Shown here in pieces: positions 43,572 through 57,491 of a stretch of 64,000 nt of DNA. The notes under the pieces are model-generated. The model was not told the origin of the DNA and did no database searches. It was given only the letters and a program-made list of their open reading frames with translations. Source of the stretch: Eledone cirrhosa (taxonomy: Eukaryota); the NCBI GenBank assembly GCA_964016885.1, contig OZ024740.1:171430001-171494000 (forward strand), given 5' to 3'. The number at the start of each line of letters is the position of its first letter. The stretch's first letter is position 1. The position numbers and the translations under genes are program-made.

Positions 43572-43970
43572 CTGGATTGGCAGTATCGTTAGAGCGTCAG
43601 ACATTATGCTATGCGGCATATAGTTACGGCCCTTTACATTCAGAGTTCAAATCTCGCCGAGGTTAGCTTTGCCTTTCATCCTTAAGGGGTCGATAAAATA
43701 AATCACCAGTAACGTACTGAGGTCGATTTAATCCCCCCCCCCCCAACTGTTGGCCTTGTACCTAAATCAGAAACCATTATTTCCTGGCAGTATCGGTAGA
43801 GGGTCGGACGCCATGCTTTGACGCATAGAGTTACGGCCCTCTCCAATCTGAGTTAAAATCCCGCCGAGGTTAACTTTGCCTTTCATCCTTACGGGGTCGA
43901 TAAAATGAAGTACCAGTAATACACTGGTAATTGCTGGCCTTGTGCCAAAAGTAGAAACAATTATTTCCTA
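43572..43970 (+). mobile_element. Two tandem, relatively intact tRNA-derived SINEs
   Basis: TGGCAGTATCG(T/G)TAGAG A-box region, GAGTTCAAAT B-box, GCCTTTCATCCTTACGGGGTCGATAAAA core, GGCCTTGTGCCAAAAGTAGAAACAATTATT tail. Confidence 0.85.
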
Positions 43971-44391
43971 ATAATAGAAAACTTTCCTCTGGTGTCAGAT
44001 TTCGCTACATTTGTTCCGGCATTCTACCCTCTCAATTCAAAACACGCCGCGATCAACTTTGACTTTCACCCTTTCGAGGTCGATAAAAAAGTATTTGTCC
44101 AGTATCGGGATCGATTCTTCTTCTGTCTCTTTCTCATTTGCGCTCTCTCACTCTTGTTCCTTCTCTGGAAGAAATCAGCAATGTTCAGACATGGAAAGGG
44201 AATAGACTCCGCCCAAGATACGCCCTATGTATATCACTGTAGGGCCCCTACGATTCCATTAGAGTTATAAATCGATCGACTCATTAATACGTACATACAT
44301 ACAAACATGTCCATATGTTAAACTACAACCCAAACTGATAACTTACTGTTATGAAATTATTATCAGGAAATTATAATACAATGAGCATACC

Positions 44392-45721
44392 AAGGGCCGG
44401 ATTTAGTGGGTGCCCGGGACACTTCAGGTTTGCCCCCATCCCCACCCTACACACACAAAAAAAAATAGAATACACTGCAAATCCGCGATTTTACTTATCA
44501 AATTTAACTTGGCGCAAGTAACTGAAATTGAAAAATTATACATACAGGTATTAATTAAAAAATCTAACCATCCTCATTTTACGTCCACTTTCCACACTGG
44601 CATCTGTTGAACAGGTTGTCACAGCTCGAGATCAAACATATCGGAGTGACCTAATTTTGCTCATACATTACATATTTGGCATGGTTTCTGTGGCTGGATT
44701 CTCTTCCTAAAATAACCACTTTAGAGTGTTTACTGGGTGCATTGTTTTTGAGGTACCAACACAACCGCTTTACAGTTAACTAGATATATTTTATCAAGGC
44801 ACTAACATTAACAATTGACAGGATGTACTCAGTGCATTTTATCGTGGCACTAATACTAAAGAGGTCGTCACATGCTCGTCCAGACTAAAGGTTTCCCTTG
44901 AACACTATATTGTCTCCATTCGTTGGCCAAACACTAGCCTCAGATTTCTCACCACACTTACTTTTAGCGTCTCACTGTTTGTACTGGTGCGCATGTCTTT
45001 TATATTATGGTATATCATCAACCAGGTCTGTCCTGTGTCATCTCCTTTGTCGGATTCAGTTTCTTCATGTCATTCTTTACAACTAGGTCCCATGTTTTCG
45101 TTGATCTTCCACTTCAAGAGTTTGGCAATTTTTAAATGCAATTCACGCTTTCCTTTTGCACCACATGTCAATATCAGCACGATCATCATTCTTGCACAGT
45201 ATTTTCAACTATAATTTGCTCTCAGCTCACTCGTGGTCTGTCGTTCACATACACTAATATTGCACACCCAGCGAAGTAACTGCAAATATTCTAACCAGTT
45301 ATACATAAATGGAAGTATACATAATTGTAAAAATAGAGGTGTATATAGAAGCATATGACAAACATACTTAACTCTCACTTTGATCTTTTCAAAGCGACCT
45401 CAGTAATTGTGAGAACGCCAAATATTTCAGGGATGTTCAGTTTTTTGAGGTCACATCATTTGATAACTCTAACTTCTTTCTAATTTGTTCTGATTATCAT
45501 TTCTTTTTAGATAAAGTTTGATGAATTTTGCCTTAGTAAAGACATTAAATATTTTTTGTTATAAATATAGTTCTCGTTGTTAAATGGATAACGCTAAAAA
45601 GTCCAGCAGAAGGCACAAATAAATATATTGCTACGACTGTCACTATTTGCCACCACCCCGCTGCAGCAGGCCCAGGACAATTGCCTCCTTAGCATCCCCC
45701 TTTCCATTAAATCCGGCCCTG
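44392..45721. mobile_element. Non-autonomous hAT DNA transposon with 8-bp TSD
   Basis: TIRs (A)AGGGCCGGATTTA / TAAATCCGGCCCTG; AGCATACC duplicated at 44384-44391 and 45722-45729. Confidence 0.85.
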
Positions 45722-46639
45722 AGCATACCTCAACGTCTACATTTAAAATAAAAATTCCGAGAGTCATCGTATGCATAGAGTCGCTTTAGTACACCGAGAT
45801 ATATGGTAAATGTTTGTGCTAATATGTTGAAAGACATTGGATTTCCATTTGTTAGCTTCCAGTATTTGTTTCTAAAATCGACACAAGGCCAATCGTTGTG
45901 GGAGAAAGACAAGTTGAATCAGTAAAGGATAGAATCTAAAGCAGATCGTAAATTCTTATGTCAAGCGTCTAAGCTTCATACATGTTATTCGGCATGCTGT
46001 TGTCTGTCATTTTGACATTCAGTATTGAAAACATTTAATTTTTTATTTCATATCCCAAAACAGACAAACGGTGTTATGGTTCTATACATGCGTACTACTC
46101 TATCTACCTCAAAAGTTTTGGCTCTCCACTACTTTTTTCATCTTCTACTCAACTGAAACACTAAACCTAACACACTTGCTGATCGTACACCACTCAACAG
46201 TTTGATCTCAATGGTGGAAGATTCAGCAAATGATTGAGAAGGTATGTTTGATCACACACGGACACACACCGATTGTTGTGGTGTTGCTGACAGGATCATC
46301 TAAATGGAGGTATTGTCAAGCGAATTATCCGAAGCTGAAAGAGATTGTTTTAGCAATGGTAACTAGCCCGTTGGCTCTAAAGAAAAGTGATATAAAGTTT
46401 AAAGGCAATATAGTACTAACATATTTAATACGAAGCCCGAAGCAAATGTTACTCTTGCTACTAGGTGAATCCGACATTGTTGGTAACGTTGAATAATTCT
46501 CGTCACACGTAAGATTACGAGATTTAGTGTGTAACACGTAGAGCGATATATTTGTATCAAAGGATATTTGCCAGCATTCTGTTCATCTGGTCCCTCTAGC
46601 CTCAAAGTAACGAGTCACTATGCTCTTCCATCTTTTTTC

Positions 46640-47650
46640 ACCTTTATAAGATTTGGGGCTTGAATCTAGTTTGTGTCACAGCTGCGCAGGTCTTCTTTAG
46701 CTTACTCTTTGGTCTTTTCCTACCAGCTGGTAACCATGTGATTGTAATTCTTGTTGGGATATTGTCACCCATTTGTAGAACAAGTTCTGACAGCTGCATT
46801 CTTCTGTCCTTGATGATAAAACAGAGACGTATGACATTGGTTCTTCCAAGCACATCCTCGTTTGTGATCTTGTCCTGCCATCTAATGCCCAGGGTTTTTC
46901 GGTCGGTGGTATCTTTGTCAGAAAGTATCAAGCTGTTTTTCAGTTCTGGCGGTACTCTTCCAAGAGTCAACAGCATAGAATGTTGTTGAGATAACAATTG
47001 ACCAGAATAACCTGAATTTTGTTTGTGATGTGAGTTTTTTTTTATTGTCCTATTGATTGGAGTTTGTTGAATACTCCAGCATCTTTGGTTATCTTTTGAA
47101 TCAGACCATCTGCTGTCTAGACGCTACCAAGATATATGAAGCGTTGAACCTCTTCTATCTTTTCCCCATTGAATGAAACTTCATATGCTTAACTGCAGGC
47201 AACTTTCTGTATTTTTTGTTTTTGATATATTTACTCTGAGACCAACCGTTTCAATTGTTTCAACCAGACAGTAGTCATAGTTTGCATTTCTGTGCAGTTC
47301 TTAGCAAGAAGAGCTCAGTCACCAGCAAAGTCTAAATCTGCCAGATTCACTCTTCCTCATTTTAAGTCATGCTCACATGTATCCATGGACTTTCTCAGAA
47401 TGTAGTCCAAGATAACCAAGAGAAAAAAATAGGAAAAGTGATAGGGTGCATCTCTTCTGCACCCCTGATAAGATTGAAAAGAACTCAGTAAATCCTGATT
47501 CGGTTTTTACACAACAACATGAGTCTTGATAAAGTAACTTAACTATTTTACTATTGCAATCGGGGACACCATAAATCTAAAGGATCTTCCAGAGCGACTG
47601 GCAGTGTACGCTAGCAAAGGCTTTTTTTAAAGTCAACATAATTTATTACT
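46640..47650 (-). mobile_element. Decayed RTE-type LINE fragment (distinct family)
   Basis: VDF..AFASVH...LWKIL, LADLDFAGD, LGIRWQDKITNEDVL...RKRPK. Confidence 0.75.
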
Positions 47651-47864
47651 ATATTAAATCCGGCGTGAAGAATCGGAACAAATACCGCAAGGCATTTTGT
47701 TCGAAACTTTCCAGATTTTGCCTCCCTAATAATGAGTTCGCACTCACACTGCTCTTAATCTAGTAAACAATACCTCTATCTCCGATGAACATAGGTTTCC
47801 GCCCAAGACTTTAGATTTCTTTCTCGCGGCGAAATAATGTATTCCACTTTGTTAACAGGTCTAA

Positions 47865-50800
47865 TATATTTATATTTTATTTACAACATTACAAATCGTT
47901 TGCAATTCCTTCAGAATGAAAATATAAACAGAGCACAGTAGAATAACATAACAAATATGTTTTAAATATATACATGAATAACATTACAAATGCCTCGGTA
48001 ACACTACAAAGGATGATACAATGAAAGATATATTCCTTCAATGCTACAATATTAAAGAAAATGTAGGAGAAGGGGTGAACAACGGAGCCAACACCAGAGT
48101 AAAAGACAGCAACGTCGCGAGTATTGGCAACCTCGCTAATGATTTTTGAGGCAAGCCAGCACACTCGCAGCGTTGCCTCGGGTGATGGCGAGGCTGGTGC
48201 GCTGAAACAGCCAAGCACCCTCGCGAGATTCGCCAGTCACCTCTATTAGGCGAGCCGCCAGTGAGGAAAGGAACCTCTCAGTCAGCGGTCTGACTCCCCA
48301 AACGTCTCGAAAGCCACAAACTGAAAAATGTAGCTGGCCGACAGAGCAGAGTATTTGAGAGTCTTACTCCGCTCGGCTGCAGAAGCTGTGGCTCTCGTCC
48401 TAACCGCAGCATCCAGGATGTGGGAAAGAGCAAAGGAGTCACTAACAGTGACGTCCCAGACAAGGCACCTGCCTCTCGACCAGGGGTCAGGGTAAGACCG
48501 TCAGGTCTTTTGCCGTCACTTCTGGACAATCCAGATGGTTCCAAGACTGAGGGGGTATTCGCCCGGGCCAAAGCTCTCTTCAGAATGCAGTTTAGCTCCG
48601 TGTGACGCGCGAAGCGGCCGGCATCCAAGCGGCAAGAAAGACCGTGGAGGCCTGTAGAGTCGAGGAGTTTGCCGCATCGGCACCTCAAACCCATGCAGAC
48701 GTCGGCTCCAACTCGAGGGCGATGGAGACACGAAATTCGTCCAGTCGCCTGAGTATTTGGCGCTGGCAGATAGTAAACGGCACCTTGCAAACTGATCTGA
48801 CTGGACGAAGAGGGAGTCGAAGGAGGCCTTCGAACTTATGTTGTCCCACAAGCTCTCTGACTTCGACTGTCCTCCACCTTCTCAGGAAGAGACAAGCCCA
48901 GCTCACTCCATTGCTGGAGCGCTTCACACAACTCACTATTGGAACTAGTCCATGTTGGAGAGGAGAGGATACTGCTCACCAGGGTGGAGGAAAGGAAGCA
49001 GGGGAGAGAGAGGGACGAACACTTACGGAGACCAAGACCCCCAAATCGCTTGGGCAACGCAGCCTGATCTCGGGACTCCGGAGAGAGTCTAACATTGACC
49101 AGACACTCGAGTCTCTCGAAGATTAGGTCGTCGAAGCGTTGGAGACAGGACGGAAATCTGTGAGAGGGGCTGACTCTGAGCAGATATAGAAGCTTAGGAA
49201 TAGACAGGTAGTTCCTGAGTAAAAAGAAACCTTGATGGGGTTCGATAACTTCGATATTCCTCAGCAGCTGCTCAAGGCCAACCATCTTCGATTGGAAGGT
49301 TGACACGGAGGCCAGGTCTGTGACTGGGGCTCCTAAGGAGCACCAAGCCGACGGGGGAGGGACTGCGATGGAAGTGAAGGACTCTGCGAACAGGTCGATC
49401 AGCTGTTGGTGTTGAGAAGCCGGGTGGTTGAGGATCCAGAGCTCACATTTGGAGCTATTGATCTGGAGGTCCCGGCGGCCAAGCTCTTCCACCATCCTGT
49501 TGGCAGTGGCGAGAACCATATCCGGAGTTCCCCCCAAACAGGCGTCGTCGAGGTACCAGACATTGAGGTCCAACTCAGCCCCCATCTTGGTGACGTCATC
49601 AATTCCCAGTGCAAACAGTGCGGGCCCGAGTGGTTCACCCTGTTGGACTCCTGAGGCAGAGGTGATGATCTGATCACCGAAAGAGAGGTAGGAGGGCTCC
49701 CGATAAGCCTGCCAAGCAAAGTGGTAGAATTGTGGGATCTCTCTCGTACTGAGCCGAGGACGATGTCGCAGCTGACGGAGTTGAAGGCATTCCTGGGGTC
49801 AAGTTTGAGAATGACCTTGGGGGACGAGGAGGGCAAGTTGGCAAATGCTCTGGCAGCGTGGACAGCAGCCTCACATCCCAACCTGGTACCCACTCCCAAC
49901 TGGATGGGGGAAAATTCCTCCGCCAGTGAGTCGGAGACCAATAGAAAACAGTGAGGCGGCGAAGAGTGCAACCAACCGCAATGGGGCGCAGGTTCCCGTT
50001 GGGCTTGGTGAGACCAAATAGCTTCGCACCGAAAAACAGTGGGCGGATGAACGGGAGAACGTTCACTGAAGAGAACTGATTCACAAACTGAGTCAGACTC
50101 TCCAAGAGCTCGAGTCCGGCGTCACCGGCCGATAAGGAGATACCATCATTGAGGTGTTGAGGACAAAGGCCGTCAATTCCCGCGCCTGACCCAGCGGGGA
50201 AGGATGAAATCGCCTTTCTGATGATATCAGTGGTGTAAACAGGTCTCGAGTATTCTGGTGGTTCGGGCCAGTGTAGCTGATCATCTGAGGGTGTGATGGG
50301 TGCTTCTCTTTCAAACGCTCAAGAGAATCAGAGTTGCACGGAGCAAGGGAGGACAGCCCCTTTAATGTCAAATTCGCTGAATTTAGCATTGACCGCTCGC
50401 TTGAGGTCTACCGGTTGTCTGTTGGTGGACACCGAGCTCGGTGACGAACTGAGATGAGACGTGGCTGGGGTGGACTCAAACAGCTGGAACTGCCGCTTGA
50501 GAGAGGGCGTCAGGGAACCCGAGTTCGCATTGTGCACGTGGAGAGAGATGAGAGGAAACAAAAACAATTTCTGCCAGTCAGACCTATTGTTGGACGAGCA
50601 AATGTTTTTCAATAAATTAGAGAGGGCACGTGAAAAGCTATTCCGAGCTCCCTTAGGGATCCGGTTAACGAGCTTTGATTTGGAGAAACGCTGGAGGGCT
50701 GTGGCAAAGTCGTCGGTAGAGAGTTGGTCATCAAAGCATGGGGCATCCCCATGGAATACGTGGGAGCTGAAGTGGCACCGATTACAGGTCCAGTGTTGAA

Positions 50801-51690
50801 GCCTTTCGGCTTGAGGTTTGGTGATACCGACACAGCTTCTGTGGTAGCTTGCGTGGCATAGGTGATTTAATTGTCTTTAAGTAACGGCTAGTGCGAGCAC
50901 AGAGAGCGCAATCAGGTGGTGGGCTGGCAACAGCCGGCAGTAGAAGGCCAACGTTGGGATTCGGTGGAGGGAGTGAGTCAGTAAAGGAGACAGCAGTGGT
51001 TCTAACGGTGGGGCTAAAGTGGAGGTTGGGTGGTGAGCTAACAGTTGTAGGGGTGGTATGGTTGGGCGGGTTGTATTCGTTCGGAATCTGCCGTGAAGGG
51101 GAGGAGGGGGTAGGTGAGGGAAAGTTAGCTCCTCTCGTGCGTGCTGCAGTTGGTGGAGAATGAGAGGTCGTAGGCTGACCATTTGTCACATAGTCGTTCC
51201 ACCAAGCAGGTCTCTTGGTCGTTCGACGCATGCCACCGCCACCTAGAGTGAACTAGGTTAAAGTGGTGGTAACTTTAGCAATCGGCAATCGCCGGTGATA
51301 GTTCGGTCGAAACATCGGGCCACTGACGGGTTGAACGAATACCTAGGTGGGCTGTGCGCGAGGACGAAGTAAGGGGTGAGCAAGAGAAAGTGGAGAAGGG
51401 GTGAGAAGATTATGAGTGCGTGGAGAGGAGTGTGGTCATGTGAGAGGCAGGTAAATACAGTGGGAGAGAAAGAGCACTGAACATGCAAAGAGAAGGAAAA
51501 TAAAAACGCTAGAAATACAAAATCTAAGGCTGTGAGTTTGCGTTATAGTTCGCATGGGTAAATCCGCAGTAAAAACCAAAATTGTGAGTTTGTGTGAAAA
51601 AAACCCCAAACAAACACATGGGCAAGACCTCAGTAAAATCAAAACCTGAATGATAGTGATACAAGTAGTTTACAATTACAGAGTGATTAC
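47865..51690 (-). mobile_element. Near full-length but frameshifted CRE-clade RLE retrotransposon
   Basis: Single ORF remnant from ATG 51231 with RIPKGAR, GAGIDGLCPQHL, LRPIAVGCTLRRL, QLGVG..GCEAAVHA, KLD.RNAFNSV, GVQQGEPLGP, WYLDD, LPKRFGGLG, CRCG..D..GLHGLSC, RH..LN and RPDG. 3' AATAAA/AT-rich tail near 47870; 5' boundary approximate. Confidence 0.88.
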
Positions 51691-53300
51691 ATTACTGGTC
51701 CTGAATTCTATCAAGTGGTCAAAGCTTCTAATTCTGTGAGATAGAATGGCAGTATGGATTGACCTTTCAGTCACACCTGACTATAAATAGATTCAGGTTA
51801 TTTCAAGAGGGAGATGGGATGGTGCCATGTGTAATTTCTTCTTGTGAAGCAAGTGGTGGTTCCTCGCCATTTATAATTATTTATTTTTATTTTATATTTG
51901 GAGGGTTTGTTTTTGAAAAATTGTATGCGTACGTTAAAGATGAATGTGTGATACAATTGGTCCATGTTGGTTCCCTGCGTTGTTGCCACAACAAATCCTT
52001 TAAAAATGTTTTTCTTTTTTTTTTTCCTCGAAGATCTGTTATTCCTCTCCGTAGATTGTAAATGGTAAAATCCGTTCGAATGACTCTGGGAGTTAAATGA
52101 TCCAACGGAATGGTAAAATCCAGTTCCTTGAAGAATATTTTGAAGTTAACTCAGACAAAGCATACACTCACGCGAAAAAAGGGAAAACTTGAAAATGTTT
52201 ACCTCGTTTGGTGACGAATTTGTACACACGTTTGTTTTCTTAAACTTCAAAAATACTTATTTTTCAATCCACTCAATAGTCCGATGGTTTATTTTTGAAA
52301 TGTTAACATCGAAGCTGCTGTTAAACTTTCTATTTAAGATAGAAATTGTTGACAGGATCAACTCAGTGGTGCACAGTGGAATTTCAGAGGTACGGAGTTC
52401 CCTTTTTTTTTCTCGTAGTGGTATATATAGACCCTAACTTGCAATCGGTATTGAATTTTGTTCGATATTTACATCAATTTGTTAAAAATTAAAGAGATCA
52501 ACTCAATTATTTGCCGGAGCAAACCGTCACTAGACTTTTTTTTTTATCCCTTAATGGCTTAGTCAGAAAAGAAAAATATTTTCTGAGCTTTCAATATGGT
52601 CTCAATTAAAGACACCCGAAGACAAGCTGGTGGTGTCAATCTAGGTGATTTCCCTAGAATCAACTTATAAAAGTTTATCAATGACACGGGGGCACATTTA
52701 AAAAACATAATTTAGTTAAGCATTAATGTTTAGTTCTGAAGTATAAAAGGCAATGACATTGGCACAAAGGAAATCTATAAAGCTTTAAGCCCAATTTGTT
52801 CTCACTGACCCACCACCCCATGGCCCAAAACGTCGAGAACAACACCAAGTCGAAAAACACCCCAAAGTGGGGATTATACATTGGTTAAAGAAGAAGACTT
52901 GTTACACTTCCTTTCAAAAGGAAGGTGGCGGTTCGATTTTCTCTATAAACTCAGCTGATAGCAGCTGTTCGAAACAAGCCCACATGTCTAATGTGCATAG
53001 GTACTTGGCGATCTCGGACAGGTTCAGTTGTTTGCACATCCGTTCCTGTAGAGCTTCTTTCACACTGGTAATACCCTTCTCTTGCACTGCTTTGCCAAGG
53101 ATCCCATATATAAGAAATTGGTTTTGTAGCTCCACGAATCTCATCGTTTGTGTGAATAGCATTGTCGTATTTTGCACTGAAATATTAGAACTAAAATATA
53201 GTTATTGTTATAATATATATGGAGGTGGCGAATTCTGCATCCGTAGCCGAGCAAGTTGTTGAAATACTGTAGTTGGTGAATTTCTCCTTCAGCACGTTGC
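51691..53300 (-). mobile_element. Very old I-group (I/Nimb/Ingi-like) LINE remnant; its 3' part probably continues at 47720-47864
   Basis: Decayed GVFFDL (RT), TVHH and, beyond the CRE element, EVLFTRLR (cf. EVILTRLRIGH). Confidence 0.4.
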
Positions 53301-55866
53301 ATTCGAGACATTCGGGTAAGCTGGACAGCTGACAACAAAGTTTTTGTCATTGTTAGATGCTCGTCTTACTAAAGTATGAGGTGATGCTCGTAAAGGTACA
53401 TGTTTGTTGCAGCGCCGCAGCCGTGCTGCCATCCTTATTTTTCGAGGAAAACATTAGCATTCGCTGTTGTAGCGTATAATTGTGGGAGTGTACATGTCTT
53501 TCTTTTTTGTGTGTGTGTGTGTGTTTTTCTTTCTGATTAATCTTTCTTATTATTGTGCATTTGCTTTGGTGGTTGTATGTGTATGCATTTCAAACTGATA
53601 TATTATATACTGTTGGTACGTATTATTCTAACAAATGATTAAGATATTAACGTGAAATAACAAAGTAATAAAATTTCCCGGATTTATTTTATTACATACC
53701 AAATCAATCAATAGTAATTTAGTAAAGTGTCAGATTCATTGAAGTAATGAATAGTGCAATAATCAGTAATTAAAATATTTATCGGAACCGCCACCTTGCA
53801 ACTTCAATATTTCGCGGTAAAGTCAAGAGTCAAGGTTTATCTCCCCTGTTCTACCATATCATCTCCTGACACCCTATCACCATCATTTCTTTCGTGAGTA
53901 CTGTCACTGCTTTTCAATTGTTATTATGATGCATACTCATTGATTTCTACTTCATTACTACTTTCTTTAAAGGCAGAATCTTAGACGTTATCTTTACGAT
54001 TTAGTATTCTATACTGATTTGTTGTATATCCATTCTGAAAATTATGATTGTTGCTGTGTTCTTGTGATCCCGTTTGTAATATATCATTTGTTATCTTTGT
54101 ATATACATATATATCTGTAGTTATAGAATTCTAGAAGCATTATTATTTTTTGTAAAGAACATTTTATTAATTCTCCATAAAACACCATGTTTTTATTTAT
54201 TTCTTCTTTTTACATGTGGTCTCAGAGTAACTCATTTGACTAGTTAGCGCCATTGCTTACGGATGTCTACTTTCATTTAATTCCCACTAAGAATGTATGA
54301 GAGCCATTCGTGTTGGCTATATATTATTGTCGCCTATTCTGTGACGAGCTGGAGAGTGGCAGACTAAGCCTTTCATGTTATGATTCGGACATGTGTCTAT
54401 ATTATAAACACACTGCTTTAAACTTGTATTATTCCTCTCGATCTTACTAATAATTCAGACTAGTGATCCTGGGAGACCAGAATGTTCACAACAACCTGCT
54501 TTTGTTGATCTTGGACGTATTTTAAAAAAAAATCTAAAGTAGATTGCGCGCTTTCTCTTCCTCTCTCTCTCATACGCATATTTATATATATATAATTTGA
54601 GCGCTTGTTCTTCGAAAACACTGTAAAAGACCTCACTATGTTTAAAAGGAACCTGTGTTTGTGTAATCATCGATGAAACTCCGTCTCAGATATCCCACAC
54701 AAGTTGTCATGTCTTCGTGATCACCATTTACACCCAACCAATGTGATGTTCGTCCTATATTCATTCCCAAATATAGTCACCTTGTTCCCTTTCTCATGTT
54801 GACTATCACATTATTATCCCAAGTTTCTATTATATATATTCTTATATTTCGGCGGCATTTAAAATTAACAGCAAAAACAATAACAAACTATATTGTACGT
54901 TAAATGTTGTGAGTTAAAAATTAGGATTTAAAAAATTTATTTTTAGATTTCAAGAAGAACGGAGAGTTAGGGAGTGAGATGCATGATTTTTAAGTACTAG
55001 TGACGTAGATATGTCCAGTAAGAAAGACGAAACCATTGGTTCTGTACAGTACACATTCAAAGTCTGTTTACAAGCGTGCTTGTACACACGCACCAGTTTC
55101 GCATCTCTCAAGTTCTAGTTTCATTTCAAAGCAACCAGCTGTTTCCTCTATTTGCGTTATATTCATAACAGAAGAGAAATGGAGATAATAAGCTGAAGAA
55201 GTTAAACTTTCATTTTGTGAAATAATAAACATTTTGTTTTTGGTAACCAACTGACATCAGCTTGAAGTTATTTTTAGTCTTCAAAAGTTCAATGAAATAT
55301 GTTTACCTCAATGTTATCACACCCCCGTTACATTGTAGTTATTTGATGAAATAATTGTTTCTATTTTTTATTAAGAAGTTGAATGAATGTAATAAAATAA
55401 ACTGTTTTCATTATTATGATGAGGATATAATAAAGAAAGCATTGTTATGATGAGGATAAAATAAAGTACCAGTCAAGTACTAGTGTCGGTTTAATTAATT
55501 CTTCCCTCTCTCATATTGCTGGCCTTGTGTCTAAATTAGAAATCATGATGTAGGGTTTGATTTAGTTAAGAAGTTTAGAACCACAGGGAAGTTTGCATAA
55601 ACAATGTTACCAATTAGGAAACAAATTTGAGCTACTCAGGGACTTATTTTTATTCTACCGTCATGCTGAGCATAATAAAATTGTTTAAGGAGTCCATTTC
55701 TATTTTTAAAAAAATATTTTTTTGGCAACTGAAATATAAATTTCATCATCATCATTATATATGTATATATATATATATATATTAAAAATTAAGGGACGAA
55801 GCTTATCGAATAGAATGGACCATGCTCACTCAATAATCCAATTAAGTCTATTATTAAAATTCAAAC

Positions 55867-55906
<40 letters not shown>

Positions 55907-56078
55907 CATGAAAAAAGGGTTAACTTCTACTATTTTCTTTTTCACTCTTCACCTATGTTCTGTCTATCCAATGTTGATGTTTATATTCATCATCATCATC
56001 ATCATAGTATATAGAAATACATTTATAAAATAACAATAACATTTAAAAAAGTATCTTTGAAACTGCAGATTTATCAAA

Positions 56079-56247
56079 ATGCCACCGAAAAAAACCACCA
56101 GCATTGTTCCAGTTAACCCTCGGATTCTCAATCTACCATGTGAATGGCAGGAGTGTCAGTTTGTCACCACTGAGATGGAGAATTTCATCAAACACCTATC
56201 TGAACACCTTTCTAATTTACTAAGCAGTGTAACTCCTCCAGAACAAG
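56079..56247 (+). CDS. HINFP: HINFP/MIZF first coding exon
   Basis: ctgcag acceptor at 56067-56068, ATG at 56079, G|GTCAGT donor. MPPKK...LNLPCEWQECQFVTTEMENFIKHLSEH matches the HINFP N-terminal CEW..C zinc finger. Confidence 0.9.
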
Positions 56248-57491
56248 GTCAGTACATTGTGCTTTATTATTATTGATTGGTAGAAATGATGGAACACTGA
56301 GCTAAATGTCTTAACAGTACAGGCATTCCTTTACATATGACCTATCCATCTTACAACCATTTGTAGTTATGACAATTTTTAATTCCATGCCAAAGACACA
56401 GCTTCTCTTGGCACATGTTATGCTTTATTAGTTACATTTAACTATTCCTTTGAACATATATACACAAAGAGTCAAAAACTCTACCTTGGATAAATACATA
56501 AAGCATAAAAAACATAAAATTAAATGTATTAGTTACATAAGACAGTGAATCTGCACAGTTGCTATGGCAACAGTTGTTATCTCTGTATTTGTTCTTGCTC
56601 ACTGCAATCTAAGTTCAAATCCTGCCAAAGTCAACTTTGACACTGTAAAGTGGTCATGTAGGAGACACAGCAAAAAGCACCCAACACACACTGTAAATGT
56701 GGTTGGCGTTAGGAAGGGCATCCAGCCAGAAACAGTCCTATATGGGCAAGACACGGTCACCCGACCTAACTTGCCTCTAATGGCTAATGGGACAAACCTG
56801 TCTAACACATGCTAGTGTGGAAAATAGACATTAAATGATGATGATGAGGTCAGTAAATAAAATATCAGTCCAATACTGAGGTTGGTCCTTCCTTTATTTC
56901 TCTTTACCACTCTTTCTTTCTGGAAGAAATCAGCTGTGTTCTAACATGGAGGGGGATGGGCTCTGCTTAGTATAAAATGCCCAAGACACACTGTGTCATG
57001 ACAGCATCCCCACAACAACGCCATCAAGATCACAGGCACTTATGTATTAGTTACATAGTACTATACTTATGAGTAATTTATATAAAATACATATATGTCT
57101 TCAAGATGTATTTATATCAACATAAATACTGGTTTGTTGGAATTGAATCTGGTTGTAAGTCTGTATTTAGTTTAGACCCTTTTCTTACTTCATCAGTTGT
57201 TGGAATCAACTTTGCTGTTCATCTTTCAATGTCTATAATATAGATTAAGATGGTTCTTTCATAAAATTATGATGGATGGTTTTTAGATAAATATAAACAC
57301 TTTAAAACTAAGTTGTGTATCAGATTGAACAAGGGTGGTTTGGCATCAAAAGGGATATAGCTAAGAGAAATATCTAAAGCAGAACAAAATACAATAGCAT
57401 AGATTATTAAACAAAATGGCTTTTTTCATTCTGAAAGATCTTGTTTGTATTGATGTAAATAAAATCCTTTTTCTGTATTTTCTGTTTCTAG

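Noticed and set aside
43572-43970. tRNA genes at A/B-box sequences (also 6200-6591, 9510-9878 and others)
   Set aside because: They continue into SINE bodies and tails, and no complete cloverleaf is evident.
48602-51163. Plus-strand ORFs over the CRE element
   Set aside because: Antisense shadows of a GC-rich retroelement ORF with no recognisable motifs.
52914-53177. Minus-strand 87-aa ORF as a host gene divergent from HINFP
   Set aside because: No phase-compatible exon chain, and adjacent GVFFDL and other motifs suggest decayed LINE RT.
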